A stretch of 64,000 nt of DNA from Hydrolagus affinis (lineage: Eukaryota): contig JAAILG010000006.1 of assembly GCA_012026655.1 (NCBI GenBank), positions 1 through 64,000 of the forward strand. The letters run 5' to 3'. Below are positions 26,291 through 38,640 of this stretch, in pieces (within the stretch, counting starts at the first letter, position 1; every line of letters starts with the position of its first letter). The notes beneath the pieces are model-generated. The model did no database searches, was not told the DNA's origin, and was given only the letters and a program-made list of their open reading frames with translations. The position numbers were made by a program, and so were the translations under genes.

Positions 26291-27419
26291 TAGAACATGG
26301 CTTTACTGCTGTTTCTTTTATTAAACAAGTAATTCATGTTTGAATCTGTGTGGAATCTGAAAGGTGAACAGGGTAGACAACCTCTTCTCACTCACGGATC
26401 TGGACATCAATGAGGATATTGAACTGCCTAGAGTTGTGTTTCCAAAGGAGAAACTATCACTCGATATATTGTCATGATCTCTATTCCAATTCCAATGATG
26501 AAGAGTGGTACATACAGCACATTGCTGTTTCCATGCCCTGTGGTGAAAGAGCAATGTACACAACTGAATGAGCAAAGGATTTGTAAAATATTGAATTGAC
26601 AAAGTTTTTCCTTTTGCCTTTTAATGCATGGCTTCCAAATCACTGTGTGATATTAATCTTTACGTCCAATGCAAAGAGACCGTGGGTAGCAGAGAAGCCA
26701 TTCTATATGATTTCATTCCTGAGCAAGTAATTCATAAGCAGTGCAAATTACTAGGAATCATGTTACTGAAAGGCAAATATAGCAATAGCCCCAGTGCGTA
26801 TTGTTCAGTGGGACCTTATCATTTCCACTGAGTGGTGTGCGCAGTGCATTTGCAGGTCTGCTTCCTATTCAGTATCAACTCACTGAGGCCTTTCAGACAT
26901 GTCTAGGGAAATACTGTAAAGATAACTGAACTGTAATGGTTTTCTATAGCTCCATATCAGCAGCAAAGATTCAACTCAGGATCATTTTAAAGCTGCGCAG
27001 TGTAATTTTTTTTGCTGCAATTTTAAATTTTAATTTTTTCCTTCTCCATGTCACCATTGTTCCCCATTAAGAGGATCACCCAGTCAGCCAGCCAGCCATT
27101 GCAACACATTTTTCAACTTCTTGTGTGGAAATCCAATCATCTCATGAATCACACCATCCCAATTAAGAGAAATGCATTGGTATTGATTTGAATACTGCGC
27201 ATTCAGAATTAATCCATCCCTGAACAAACCTGCAAGTAAATAATACCCTTCATTAACTACCTTCTGAATAAACAGGCACCAGCCATATTTGTACATCGAG
27301 GCGCCAGTCACTCGTTTCTCATCAGCATGCAGATATAAAGGCCATCAATAGATTCGATCCCATCACCATGAGATGAATTTGATATAGAAAATGCTGTAGC
27401 ATTTTTTCTAATTCATATA

Positions 27420-27830
27420 GTAACAACAGTATATAAAAAAAACTCATATTCCTAGCTCCTTTCACATAGCTCCATAGAATGGACATCTCGAACAAATTCA
27501 CAGGGTGATCGAGAAAATTGTGTTACAGATGGTGACCCAAAGCACTGTCAAAAAGATGTACCTTTTGGAAGATTTCGAAAGCGGAGAGAGAAGAAATGAG
27601 ACGATGAAGGCTTGGAAGAGGGCGAGAGTTCCAGAGGGCAGAATCGCTGGCCCCCATCGGAGCTGACGATGTAACAGAGGAAGGTGAGGACCAAGCAGAG
27701 GGCCGGAATTATAGGAGTGCAAGGTAGGGAAATGGATGTAGGATTGGAAGAGATTCAGTGCTGACATAAACAACAACAAAATTACATTTGTATAGTGTCT
27801 TTCACTGCAGGAGGACACTAAAGCGAGTGT
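27420..27830 (-). mobile_element. Old LINE-2 3' fragment plus a second L2 tail (about 27770-27826)
   Basis: gagttccagagg (LWNS reversed) and purine-rich body; second tail caacaacaaaattacatttgtatag..ggaggac. Confidence 0.65.
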
Positions 27831-28049
27831 ATAATCATTTATATATAAAGCGTACTTCTTTCTTGCGTGGCAGGGAGTGTTTTTACATATTCAGCTGTTG
27901 TTTAGGGACTTTTCCTTTATGTATTGATTCTCTTGAATATTTAAATAGCCTTGAAATTAAAGTGGACAGGAATGACTTGCAGCCCCCACTAGCCAAATCA
28001 CTGAATAATGAGCCATTTTGCTTGGATTGTTGTTCTATGATTTTCAGTA

Positions 28050-28255
28050 GTATGACCAATTTTATCTGGATGTTTGTTGGCCAGGACACTGCGAGAAATT
28101 AATTTTCTTCTTTTTGAATAGTCCCATGGGATAAAGTGCACCTGAACACGCAGATGATACTTCCATCATTGCTGCACACTCCCCAGCACTGTATTGGATT
28201 TTCAGTCATCTCCCATGGAGATTCAGAGTCTTGTTATTGGATTAAACCCCGCAAC
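28050..28255 (-). mobile_element. Old Deu-domain SINE
   Basis: gttggccaggacac..ttttgaatagtcccatgggat..tgctgcacactccccagcactg. Confidence 0.65.
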
Positions 28256-28304
28256 AACTTTGTCACTTCATTGCTAGAGATTAGATGCTTCCTGTAAATA
28301 TATC

Positions 28305-28588
28305 AATAATAATAATCCCTGCATTTGATACATTGTGTAGCTGACGTCTCAAAGCGCTTCACAGAATATACTGTAAAGTGAATTGACTGCATATATGTGG
28401 GCAGCCAATTGCGCACAGCATTGTCCCACAAACAGTCGTAGATTGAAACATGACAATTTTTTTTGGAGAGATTATTATCAGGCATGGAGAGTAAGGCAAC
28501 TTGCCCAAGGTTTTGCCTTGCCTGGAATTGAACCCAGGTCTCTTGCTTGTAAGGCAAATGCTCTAACCACTGATCTACAGGACTTCAC
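28305..28588 (-). mobile_element. Full-length tRNA-derived SINE
   Basis: Complete tail, body and head (gaattgaacccagg...ctctaaccactgatctacaggacttcac). Confidence 0.93.
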
Positions 28589-29927
28589 AAATAGCCACTG
28601 ATGGCAAACACGTGTTGGATGTGGTTAGTATGCTTGCTGTAGATCAATTGTAAAATGAATAATACTATAACTACCTTTATCACAATGGCCTTGGGTTCCA
28701 AAAATCAGCCACTCTCTTGTTACCAAGGACAGTAGATGAAGAAATTGCTGTCCCACTTGTGTAGCTGAGTATTTTATGCCTCTTCAGATGTCAACAATCA
28801 TTTCTGGAATGATTGGATCAACAAAAGGATTCCAATTGGGGAGGAGCTGGGGAGTTCAATTACAGATCTGCCCAATTCTGTGATGGGGCTATCTGTACTC
28901 TGAACACCACTGCTAATCTTTCTGTTTTTTTACAACCTGAGAATCAATAAACCGGCAATGTATGCTTCATCCCTGTAAAGTATCATTGCATTTGTGATGT
29001 ATCTGCAGGATAGTGGGAACGAATATTTATACAACAGGCATTTTAATAAATCATGTCTGATGAAAAGATCTCACTAGAGGCCAGTGTGTGTGTGTGTGTA
29101 TAATATGTGGAGATCATACTTTTTTTAAAATCTGAAAGGCAATTTAGAACGTGATCGTATCGTATCTGGAAATACAATCCTACTCCTCTCTCCTGCTGCA
29201 AATCTGTTCCTTTCAATTGGTTTGTGGCAGTCTGGCCCCATCGATCAGTGGCCATATGGGATCGAAAAGGTGGATGGATTGAGCTTTCTCTGCATCATTA
29301 GGTTTGTCGGGATGAAATCCGACAGTCTTAAAATGACCTCGCTTAAGAAGGCCACTCATTTATGTTACCAGAGAAAAACTTAAAGCATCCCCCACATAGT
29401 TGAACACTATAATTCTCCTCCTCACCCACTATTAGGCACAGTGATCTCGCCATGGGTGGTCTCAGTGCTTCATTTGATTCTAATAGTGTATGAACACACT
29501 CTTCACTTCCTCAAATAGGTAATTTGCGACATGCTGTTATACACATCAGGGTCTAATTTGCCACATTTCTTAATAAGAAATGTCTAATTATTGAATCCTT
29601 AATGCATTAAATATGCTGAGGAATATGCAGAAGGTTCACAAAGCCATCGCCGCTGATGTTTCAGGAATTTGAAAATTATACTTATTAAGGAATATTTTAA
29701 GACGTATTGCATATTGGACCCCATCACAACAGAATCATGGAAAATCTCAAACTCCTATTTATATGAAAGTGGCCTCTTTATTGAAAAACATTGTGCAAAA
29801 CATCGTAAAATATGCTTCAATTTTTAAAACAGTGATGAAACATTTATACTGATTATAACTATCAAGTACCTGTGTAAACCTTATATAAATAAATTAATTC
29901 TATGTAATTCTATATAATTCTTTCTGG

Positions 29928-30050
29928 CTATGTTTGTTTCACCCACAAAACATACAGTCAATTCACTTTACAGTATATTCTTTCAAGTGCTTTGATACAT
30001 TTCAAAGATATGATAAGACACTATATCAAGTGCAAGGAACATTATTATTA
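29928..30050 (+). mobile_element. SINE 3' half
   Basis: tttcacccacaaaacatacagtcaattcactttacagtatattct...caagtgcaagg..attattatta. Confidence 0.8.
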
Positions 30051-30189
30051 CATTAAATTCCTAAATTAATTTATTTTTCATTATATTCTATATATTCTTG
30101 GTTCATGCTGTTTTATTCTCTTTTGCTTTTCACCCTTATAATTCTGCTATAGTTTGCCACGATGTTGTGATTTCTGGGACCACATTATT

Positions 30190-30522
30190 GGGTTCATTGA
30201 AGCAGAGAAGGTTTGAAAAGAACCCAATAGAGGCATCACAGAATTATGAAAGGTTTTGACAGGTTGAACAGGGATACAATATTCTCTGGTAAGAGAGGCA
30301 GTGACCAGGGGGTCATAGTTATACAACAGAGGGTTGTGGGATGTGGAATGCCAAGTAAGGTAGAATCCATTTGAAGACTGAACTGGTAGATATATGAGAG
30401 AAAGAAGCTTGAAAGGGGATGGGGATAAGACAAAGGAGTGGAATTAAATTAAAGCTATTGTGGACTCAATATATTTAAAGATCTCCTCCTATACTACACA
30501 ATGTTTTACAATTCTATGATTG
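30190..30522 (+). mobile_element. Old CR1 LINE 3' fragment
   Basis: ttcattgaagcagagaagg (SLEQRR-like), aattatgaaaggttttgacagg, gagggttgtgggatgtggaatg, tail attctatgatt. Confidence 0.75.
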
Positions 30523-32329
30523 ATTTTCCCTTATGTGTGCATTTTGTATAATGTTTAGGCCTTGACTGTACAGTTGGAGTAAATGTGTCAAGACGTACAT
30601 TATTTTCCAGTGAGTTCTGGTCACATTAACATTATTGGACATTGAATGTTCAAGATTCTGAAACAGTTTGAGAGCCTAAAGAGTTGGTGGATAATTCTCA
30701 CCACCTTGGCATGAACTCAGGATTATTGCTTGAAGTGTAAAGGGATGCTTTAAAATATATTTAGTGTTTGAAGGGTGCAGAGAATGTGAATTGGTGTGAT
30801 TCAAGCGCATGCACGTAGGTAGGTCAATCGCGCCATTTAAACTTGAATTGGATGCTTGAAAAATATACATTGATGCATTTGGGGGAAAAAAGAGCACGGA
30901 AATAGGATGAGAGCAGATGGCTCAAGTGAGGAGTTAGCAAAGCGTGCGAACAATGGTTAGAATGGCCTCCTCCTGTGCTGAAATTTTCATGATTAATTGA
31001 GTGCTCTTCCAGGTTGGGTCATCGCTGGTTTCTTCCGTGCAACGTTGAAACTGATCTCAGCGTGCTTTTATTTCACGAGATCCCGGTAGTTCACCTTTCA
31101 GCATTGTTTCTACCCTGTTCAGACCATGCTTACATTAAGGCTGAACGACTGTACAGGCACTGGCAGGTCACAGTACCACTCTGGAGAGTACATGTGTAGC
31201 TTTGACCTGCAGCAAGCTGGATACAGAAGATCGACACCAGGCTAATATAAACGCCACACACATACATAAGTCCACACACATTTAAGACAGGGGCACCACA
31301 ACAATTAGTCTGTACAAGCCTCGCTGATTTGCAACAATGACAGTCCAAGGCAATAGGAGACTGAAATGATCTGAATGGGGAATTATCAAGGAATACCGTA
31401 AGGGTATTATTCCATAATGAAATGCCAGAGACCCATAAGGAAATTGAACCAATATTATCTACAAATATTATGTATTGTGGCACTTGCTCAAATATAGTTG
31501 GGTTTGATTTAGCACACAGCAATAACAATTACCGAATCATAGTATCCATTCTGTGCTGTTGCAAAGCCTGCTATTCATCACTGCAGCTATCTTGTTATGA
31601 ATAAGTGTTTGTCCTATCTGATACTGTAATATAATTAGCTCTTTTTGTTTTACATTGGTTAAATAACTCAGTATGGTTTCAGGGACAAGGGTGGTGCAAT
31701 ATAAAGGAGGGATTATTGAATTTCTAAATAGGTCAAATGCACCCAATGGCAAGTTTGAGGACAGTAATATGCAAATTGCCTGCCTTAATTAATCCACGAC
31801 CTACCAGCCTAATGTACGAGGATATTATAGATCCGCTAATAGCAAACAGTGTAACAGCCTGGTGCAGTAAAACAAATTCAATTAAAGGTTAAGATGCTGA
31901 CATTTGATAGTATTTCAAATTAGTAACGTGTTGTTAGCAGGACCATTATTATGTATTAACTCATCATTCGTGTTTCTGTCGCTTGGCCTTGCATCAGGGT
32001 TTTAACTTTGACGTGATATATCACTGCACTGTTATTTAAATGAGTTGGTCAAATTAGCCCGATTGCTGACGGCTGTAATTTTCATGAAAGATGAAATGCA
32101 CTCAAAACACCCAAAGATATGATAAACTGTTGTGGAGTAGGTTGCGTTTATATTCTACTTTCAAAAAATGTCCAATCTGAGAATAAATGGAGGGAATGGT
32201 TTAGGATTTCAAAATGTAGAATGTAGGTGATCCTACACACTCTAGGAGGTCTAAACATAATAATGTTGAAATCTTGAATTTATGTAGAGCCTTTTGCAAA
32301 GAAATAGCCTTTTGCTCACGATACATTAC

Positions 32330-32720
32330 AGTGAAAGGCTGAGCAGTTTGGGAGATACAGCTAAAAGGGTTAGGAGCAAGGTGACCAAGAGCTCAGCTAA
32401 AGAAAGAATTTGCAATAGAGAGTGTGAAGTAGCTGAAAGGTCTTTTGCTGTGACGGGATGGAGGTGGCAAGGAAATAATATTAATTATAATAATAATCCT
32501 TGCATTTGGTATAATGCCTCATCACGTCTTCAAGACATCTCAAAGCATTTGACAGAATATATTGTAAAGTGAATTGATTGTACATTTTGTGGGTGAAATG
32601 TGGCCAATTGTGAACAGCAGCGACCCACAAACAATGGTGGATTGAATTATTATTATTTTGTCATTTTCTTTTGATTCTCGCTTCTGAGGGGAGAGCTCTA
32701 ACCAATACGCTGCAGGACTC
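32330..32720 (-). mobile_element. Old L2 fragment (32330-32470) followed by an internally deleted tRNA SINE (about 32484-32720)
   Basis: aaggtgaccaagagctcagctaaagaaag; then ataataatccttgcattt...gagctctaaccaatacgctgcaggactc. Confidence 0.7.
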
Positions 32721-33269
32721 TGCGAGTTGGTGGTGGAGAAGGGCAGCAAGACCTTTAAAGGGACATTTAAAACTTAGAATGTGATGTTGAAGTCATGTCA
32801 TTCACTAATAGTACTCTGAATCACTACTTAGTGAATCCGGCTGCTTTTTCAACCTAGTAATCAACACCAGACAGACTGACATGTAGAATGTCAGTCTCGC
32901 CTCTGAATACTTCACACAAAACACATCTCCTGACACTTTCCCAACCCACCAGTCAACTGTTTCCAGACGGCAAGTGATCAGAAGGCAGTAGTACATTAAG
33001 GCTGTATATGCCTACAGTGCGATCTTTGTCTTGCATTGCTCCACTACAGATTTCATCGCTTGCGAGATGGCTTAGGTTTGACTGACAGCACGTGGTCTGT
33101 TGCACTTTACACTTGAACAAGAGCAAAATATATTTGCAGACCTTTTGTACTTGATTGATTGTTTCCTTGTTGATCTCTTACAGTCATCTGCTAATGCTCA
33201 ACTTAAATGAAATGATAGAACAAAACCACTATGAATTTGTGTTCATATAAAGCCCTTCACATAGCTCTG

Positions 33270-33390
33270 ACAATGCAACACACCCCAGCACTGCGTTGGA
33301 GTGTAAGCTTAGACAATGTAATTCCAAGTCCCGATATGGGGTTTAAATCCACAACCTTCGGTCTGCTTCTCCTCTGAGCCAGACTCTCAA
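33270..33390 (-). mobile_element. 5' part (tRNA head) of an old Deu SINE
   Basis: aatgcaacacaccccagcactgc..ggggtttaaatccacaaccttc..ctgagcca. Confidence 0.55.
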
Positions 33391-33524
33391 TTAAACCTTT
33401 TTCAAGAGCATTTGACTAAATCTCAAAACTAACTTTGTGTAAGCTGCATTTGGAATACCTTGGATATCTTTGGGTTTTCTTCTCCTGCTAGTCGTATGAA
33501 GATGTTTATATTGTTTTGCCTAAT

Positions 33525-33800
33525 GGACAATAGTTCCATGAGTGCATGTTACCCCTGGGCATCTCAACACAAAGGGTCGTGATTCATGTGTGAGCCTCAA
33601 CAATGAATGTTGGCAGGCTATTCGGCTGTAATAGACATTATGTCGTTCCCTGTTGTTCGCAGCTCCAGCTAAATTTCTCTGGTTAACCATCAGGTGGGAG
33701 AAGCATGGCTGATTTTCCTCTCCCTGGCACAGGGCAATAAGCAGCCCAACCACTGGCCCATGTGAGATCAGTTAACTCCACGCAGAGAGAAAAGGAAACA
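33525..33800 (-). mobile_element. AmnSINE2-like ancient SINE
   Basis: Reverse strand contains gagttaactgatctca, agggagaggaaaatcagcca, cgaatagcctgccaacattcattgttgaggctcacacatgaa and catggaac in the order remembered for AmnSINE2. Confidence 0.7.
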
Positions 33801-34425
33801 AATTGAAACATACACTTCTGTCGACCACATGTAGTGAATCCATGTACAGTTTGGAAGAACAAACCCTTTCCTTTAATCTCACAGAACCTGGTGAGCTAAC
33901 AGCAATTTATAACATCAGCAGAATTTGTACTTGGTCCAAGAGGGGACAGATTATAGCATTAATTGGCAAATCATCTCGGAGCTTCACAACTATGAGCCCA
34001 GTAGTTTGAAGATACTCTTTAATACAGAATACTGATATCTTTAACTTACCAGCAGAAATGATGCAATTATTGATTTTGTGTATAAACCCTTGTGAAAGGT
34101 CCAGGTCGTCTTGCGAGGCAAGTGATCGACCCACTAAGCTACAGGACGCTATACTGTATATCAAATTCAGTCTCTTACTGATTCTCACAATCAAATTGTC
34201 TGCATTGTATCATTTTGCCCATTATATTCTATGAAGTGCTTTGAGATGTTCTCCCAACATGCAAGGTGCTGCGTCACAAGTAAGGATTATTAAAAAAGGG
34301 ATTTTGTCAACTGTGAATAAGATTGATAAAACACAAAATACTACAGATGCTGGGAATCTGAAACAAAAACAGAAGTTGCTGGGGAAACTCAGCAGGTCAG
34401 GCAGCATCCATGGAGAAAGGAAAAA

Positions 34426-34463
34426 GAGTCAACGTTTCGGGTCTACAACCCTTCGCCAGAACA
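34426..34463 (-). ncRNA. Minimal hammerhead-ribozyme motif (core variant CTGGCGA, probably impaired)
   Basis: Reverse strand gtt-CTGGCGA-A-gggt(tgtag)accc-GAAA-cgtt-gac. Confidence 0.55.
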
Positions 34464-34468
34464 GCACA

Positions 34469-34506
34469 TGTTCTGACGAAGGGTTGTAGACCTGAATCGT
34501 TGACTC
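34469..34506 (+). ncRNA. Minimal hammerhead-ribozyme motif (core variant GAAT, probably impaired)
   Basis: gtt-CTGACGA-A-gggt(tgtag)acct-GAAT-cgtt-gac. Confidence 0.55.
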
Positions 34507-34664
34507 TTTTTCCTTTCTCTATGGATGCTGCCTGACTGCTGAGTTTCCCCAGCAACTTCTGATTTTGTTTGTGAATATGATTGAAGTCTCTTCATGATGA
34601 GAGAAATGGAGAGGATCAGGGCAATGTAGAGAGTTCAAGATGCAGGGAATGTCAGAGATGGATC

Positions 34665-34732
34665 AGAGTGAGAGAGAGACAGAGAGAGAGACTGAGACTC
34701 ACAGAGTGAATCAGAGTCACAATGAGAGACAG
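34665..34732. repeat. (GA)n-rich simple repeat
   Basis: Directly visible. Confidence 0.8.
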
Positions 34733-36710
34733 AACTAATGTTGATTTTAAACTTTGAAACCCAAACCTCCACTGAAAGCTTTATTTCGATTATATTTAGA
34801 TACAGAGTGCATGAATAGATGATGCAACGGGAAATTGTATTGCACATCTAGGATAATGCAGTGCCCTGAGTTTAATGCCCTTTATTAAATATATATAATA
34901 TATATATGTAATGCTCTGTGCACTAAGATGCTGGTGTATGCATTAAGAGAATCTGATTTAAGAATCAGACATGTTTGTACATCAGAGGATGCAGATGAAA
35001 TTGAGATTATTTGGGGCTAACACAACAACAGTTTGGTTCTGTACAAGTTTTTACCTTATCAAAAGATCTCTAGAGGAACCATCACTCTAAAACCATTAGC
35101 TCAGTTATAGGCAGGTTCAATGTTAAATAACATTCAATTGGTTACAGGCTCAATCTGGGTCACAATGCTGACAGAACTTGAAAACATCTAGATTATTGTC
35201 CTTTGTGCTGTGTGATAAAATGAAATTACCCTTTATTCTGCCTCCTGTTAATCTTGCTTTAACCCTGTTTGGTGGTTTTAACAGGCATCGATGTGAATAC
35301 AGTATATTGTTCGTTAGAGAGCACAGGATCTTACACTGCCTGATCTCAAGGTGGTTTGAAAGTTGGAAAGATATACTTTGAATTGAAAGTTCTCGCACAT
35401 TAAAGTTTAAAATGCTATTTACATCTCAACATGTACCTCTTGGACCATGCTTTCGCTATCTTGCCCACCTCATCCACTTCAGCTCTGATGCCCAGCCAGA
35501 ATTGGCAAATGCTTTGGGATGTCTGCCAGACATGAAAGTCAACATGAAAGTCATTTATGTGTAAACTGTATATTTTTTGTATTGTAAGAAGCAACTCTAT
35601 TTGTTCCATTTTAGTCGTCTATTGTCCTTCACACATTCACAACTAACCAAAGTACAAAAGATTGGCATGGAATAATAGTTTTCCTTCTCCTAATTGAAAT
35701 AGTGCATTGGCTAAGTTATGAAAAATTAGCCTCTAGGATTAGATATATTTTTAGAATCTTTCTTATTTGAACACTACAAGTTGATAACAATGCTAAATAT
35801 TAGAGCCAGACAGCTTTATTGGAAATGTGTCAAAGCAGAGGATTAATTCTGTTTCTCAGTAGTTTGACTCTTTTGGTGCCCTTATTAATTTTAATGGCAC
35901 TTTAACTGGGAGGAGAGGTTTGTTGCCGCAAGGGATTCATAAGAATGTAACCCAAGAAAGCATGGAGTTCATACTGTATTCCAACATAGACTCTATCCTA
36001 ACTGTTTAATCCTCTGAGGAGAGGTTTTACATGATATCTCCAAGCCCGCCACCTCCTCCGACACCCCACACTCCCCTAGTGTAAATCAAGGCAATGCTGA
36101 TATTTATCTAACCTTCCATTATGAGTTATTCCTTTTTAACCACATGCCTGTCTTGGTATGACTTTTCTCAGCAGCTCTGGAACCATTGTACAACCATAGA
36201 GGATTTATTCTCTGCTTTAAATTCTGTATGAAAGCCTTAGTCTTGTTTATAATGCAAACAATCTTCTTTGAAGGTATTAATGCTTCGAGTGCCGGAAAGT
36301 GAAATGGGGAACACTATCTTTGCGGGCTGACCATTTTGCATGTTTATGTTTCCAGCACACACAATATGGCAGGATTTGTTGAGGAAGGGGTGAAAGCCAT
36401 CTCACTGGATTACGTCGTATTTAATTTTCAATGCAAATGTGTTGAATCTTTGGATTTTAAATGCTTTTCCAATAGCTTTTCAATAATCTGTAAATGGCTT
36501 TTCCAAATGAAAGGTGTATATACTATGGTAATATCAGATGCTCAAAATGTGAATGATAGCCAGAACTGACTTGAATTTGCCAAGAGCTAGTAAATAGCAC
36601 AAGGTTGTGAATCAGTTTGAGTCATTGCAAAGGTAAAAAAATTGGGCATCCCTGCATTGCCCTGAGCTATGACCTGTAGCCAGCAACTGAGTCTGTGAAA
36701 GAGAACAGAG

Positions 36711-36936
36711 GAGAAATTCCTCCTGGGATCTAGATTTACGCTATGTAGCATTTCCAAGTGTCAACTGAATAATAATGAAACTGTTAAATGCCAACCCAAG
36801 TCTGAAGCCGTTTTACTGCTTTTTAAGCGACTGGAGAAAACTTGCCTCAATGCTGAGGCTGATTTCAACAATTTGTCAATTTCTGGAGACTCTAAAATGC
36901 TGCATAGAGTAAATCTAGACCTGGGTGGAGTTTCCC
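36711..36936. mobile_element. Palindromic MITE-like element with TCTAGA-containing inverted repeats
   Basis: 36729-36753 (tctagatttacgctatgtagcattt) matches the reverse complement of 36895-36919 at 23/25 positions. Looser pairing extends about 18 bp further out. Confidence 0.7.
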
Positions 36937-37949
36937 TTCACCCTCACGTGTTCAGAATGAAGCACTTCTGCAGCAGTCACACTGCTAACACTTAGCGTTA
37001 AGCCAATTAGACACTAATACGAAGGAACTAAAAGAATTAAATGTTTATAAGACAACCAGGCCAGACGGGATGAATCCTCGAGGGAACATGAGAGGAAATG
37101 GATAAAACTTTGATTAATATTTTTAGCAGCTCCATAAAGACTGGAGCTGTACCAGAGCACTGGAGCAAACATTATCCTGTTGTTTAATAAATGACAGAAA
37201 TATGAGCCTGAAGACGTTAGAAGCGCTTAGTTTGGGAGTGGGTGTGGTTTGGAGGGGGTATCACTTGAGGATGTTGAACTGATGAGTGCAAATGCTGTGA
37301 TGAGACAGAAGTTTCGCGATTCTTTGTGGCAAAGATCAGTTTGTTACCTAGCACGTAATGTTTGCAATGGAGTCTCATTAGTGAGATACGCGATTTGGAA
37401 ATGATCAATTCTTGATGTTTCCCTGGGGGGCTGGGTAGAACTGCACTGAGACTCGGAAGTCACAGAGTCAAAACCAAGACCCGCATCAAACTGAGTTGCA
37501 GACGTACATAGGTGGGAACAAGCAAGGAAAGGCCCATCAAAACATATCTTGGAAACTCACTCACCACTTCCCCGACAAGAAACATTTGCCTCTAAAGTGC
37601 ACAGTCACCGCACTTTACAGTCGATCTTCTGAAGCACTTAGACATCCTCTTAACATGAAAGGTATATCGAAAGCAAGGATTATTATACTTATTGTTTGTG
37701 CGCAAATTTGCTGCTGTTCGCCTACAATTACAGTCACTACACTTCACAGTAAAATCCACGAGTGCTTGGAGATTTTTGATGACATAATGAGGCACTATTT
37801 CAAATTCTAGGATTATTATTATATAAAACCCTTAGAATTTGTACTGTATTTAAACCATACTACATTTGTGTTTTTAAAAAAAAATCTGCTTTGTTTCTCT
37901 AGGATGTTCCTAGAACATTTAATGGCAATTAAGGAATAAAGATTTTGCT

Positions 37950-38640
37950 TCAACTGCAAAATTACATTTGTATAGCGTCTTTTGCATCAGGAGGACGTCC
38001 GAAGGCACTGGACAGTCAGTGTTTTGGACCTGATCTGGGGTCAGGATCGGAGAGGATGAAGGGAAGGGTGGGAAGTGGTGGTGGGGGAGGAGGGCGTAAC
38101 CGATGGTGCGGTTGAAGGGTTGGAGGGTCTTAATAATAATAATAATCCTTGCATTTGATATAGTGCTTTTCACATCTTCTAGACATCTGAAAGTACACAG
38201 AATATACTGTAAAGTGAATTGACCATATATTTATGGGCGAATGCGGCAGGCAAATGCGCACAACAACAGGGTCTCCAAACATTCATGTTTCAAATGACCA
38301 ATTTATTATTGGTTTTTTTTGAGAGATTATTATTAGGCATGTGGAGTAAGGAAACTTGCCCAAGGTTTCGCCTGGAATCAATCACAGGTCTCGTGCTTGT
38401 AAGGCGAGTGCTCTAACCACTGAGCTACAGGACTCCATGTCTTGAAGCGGGACTTGCGGGAGGCTATGGAGGGAGCAAGGCAGAGGGCTTGAAGGATGGA
38501 ATTCCAAAGGTTGGGGGCAGAGTGGCTGAAGGCTTGCTCGCCGATGGTGTGGGGGTAGGTCGGGGCACATGGAGCAGGCTGGTGCCACTTAGCAGAGGGA
38601 ACAGACAGGTTAGTAGGGGTTAGGAGGTCACAGAGGTAAT
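37950..38640 (-). mobile_element. LINE-2 3' fragment split by a SINE insertion
   Basis: Tail and UTR at 37950-38131; ORF2 end HTIGEQAFSHSAPNLWNSILQALCLAPSIASRKSRFKT at 38439-38640. Confidence 0.9.
38132..38438 (-). mobile_element. Full-length tRNA SINE nested in L2, with 5-bp TSD GTCTT
   Basis: GTCTT at 38127-38131 and 38439-38443; complete head and tail. Confidence 0.9.

Larger units (their letters stand above)
34327..34570. mobile_element. Fold-back Penelope-like non-autonomous retroelement with hammerhead motifs and 14-bp TSD
   Basis: Inverted arms at 34361-34463 and 34469-34570 with a 5-nt loop. Flanks gtgaataagattga (34313-34326) and gtgaatatgattga (34571-34584). Confidence 0.85.

Noticed and set aside
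26364-26477. Protein-looking frame VNRVDNLFSLTDLDINEDIELPRVVFPKEKLSLDILS*
   Set aside because: Short, weak acceptor, and no recognised homologue.
34361-34570. Hairpin considered as a pre-miRNA, terminator or DNA MITE
   Set aside because: An interspersed homologue at 17907, the 14-bp TSD, asymmetric ends and the hammerhead motif favour a retroelement.
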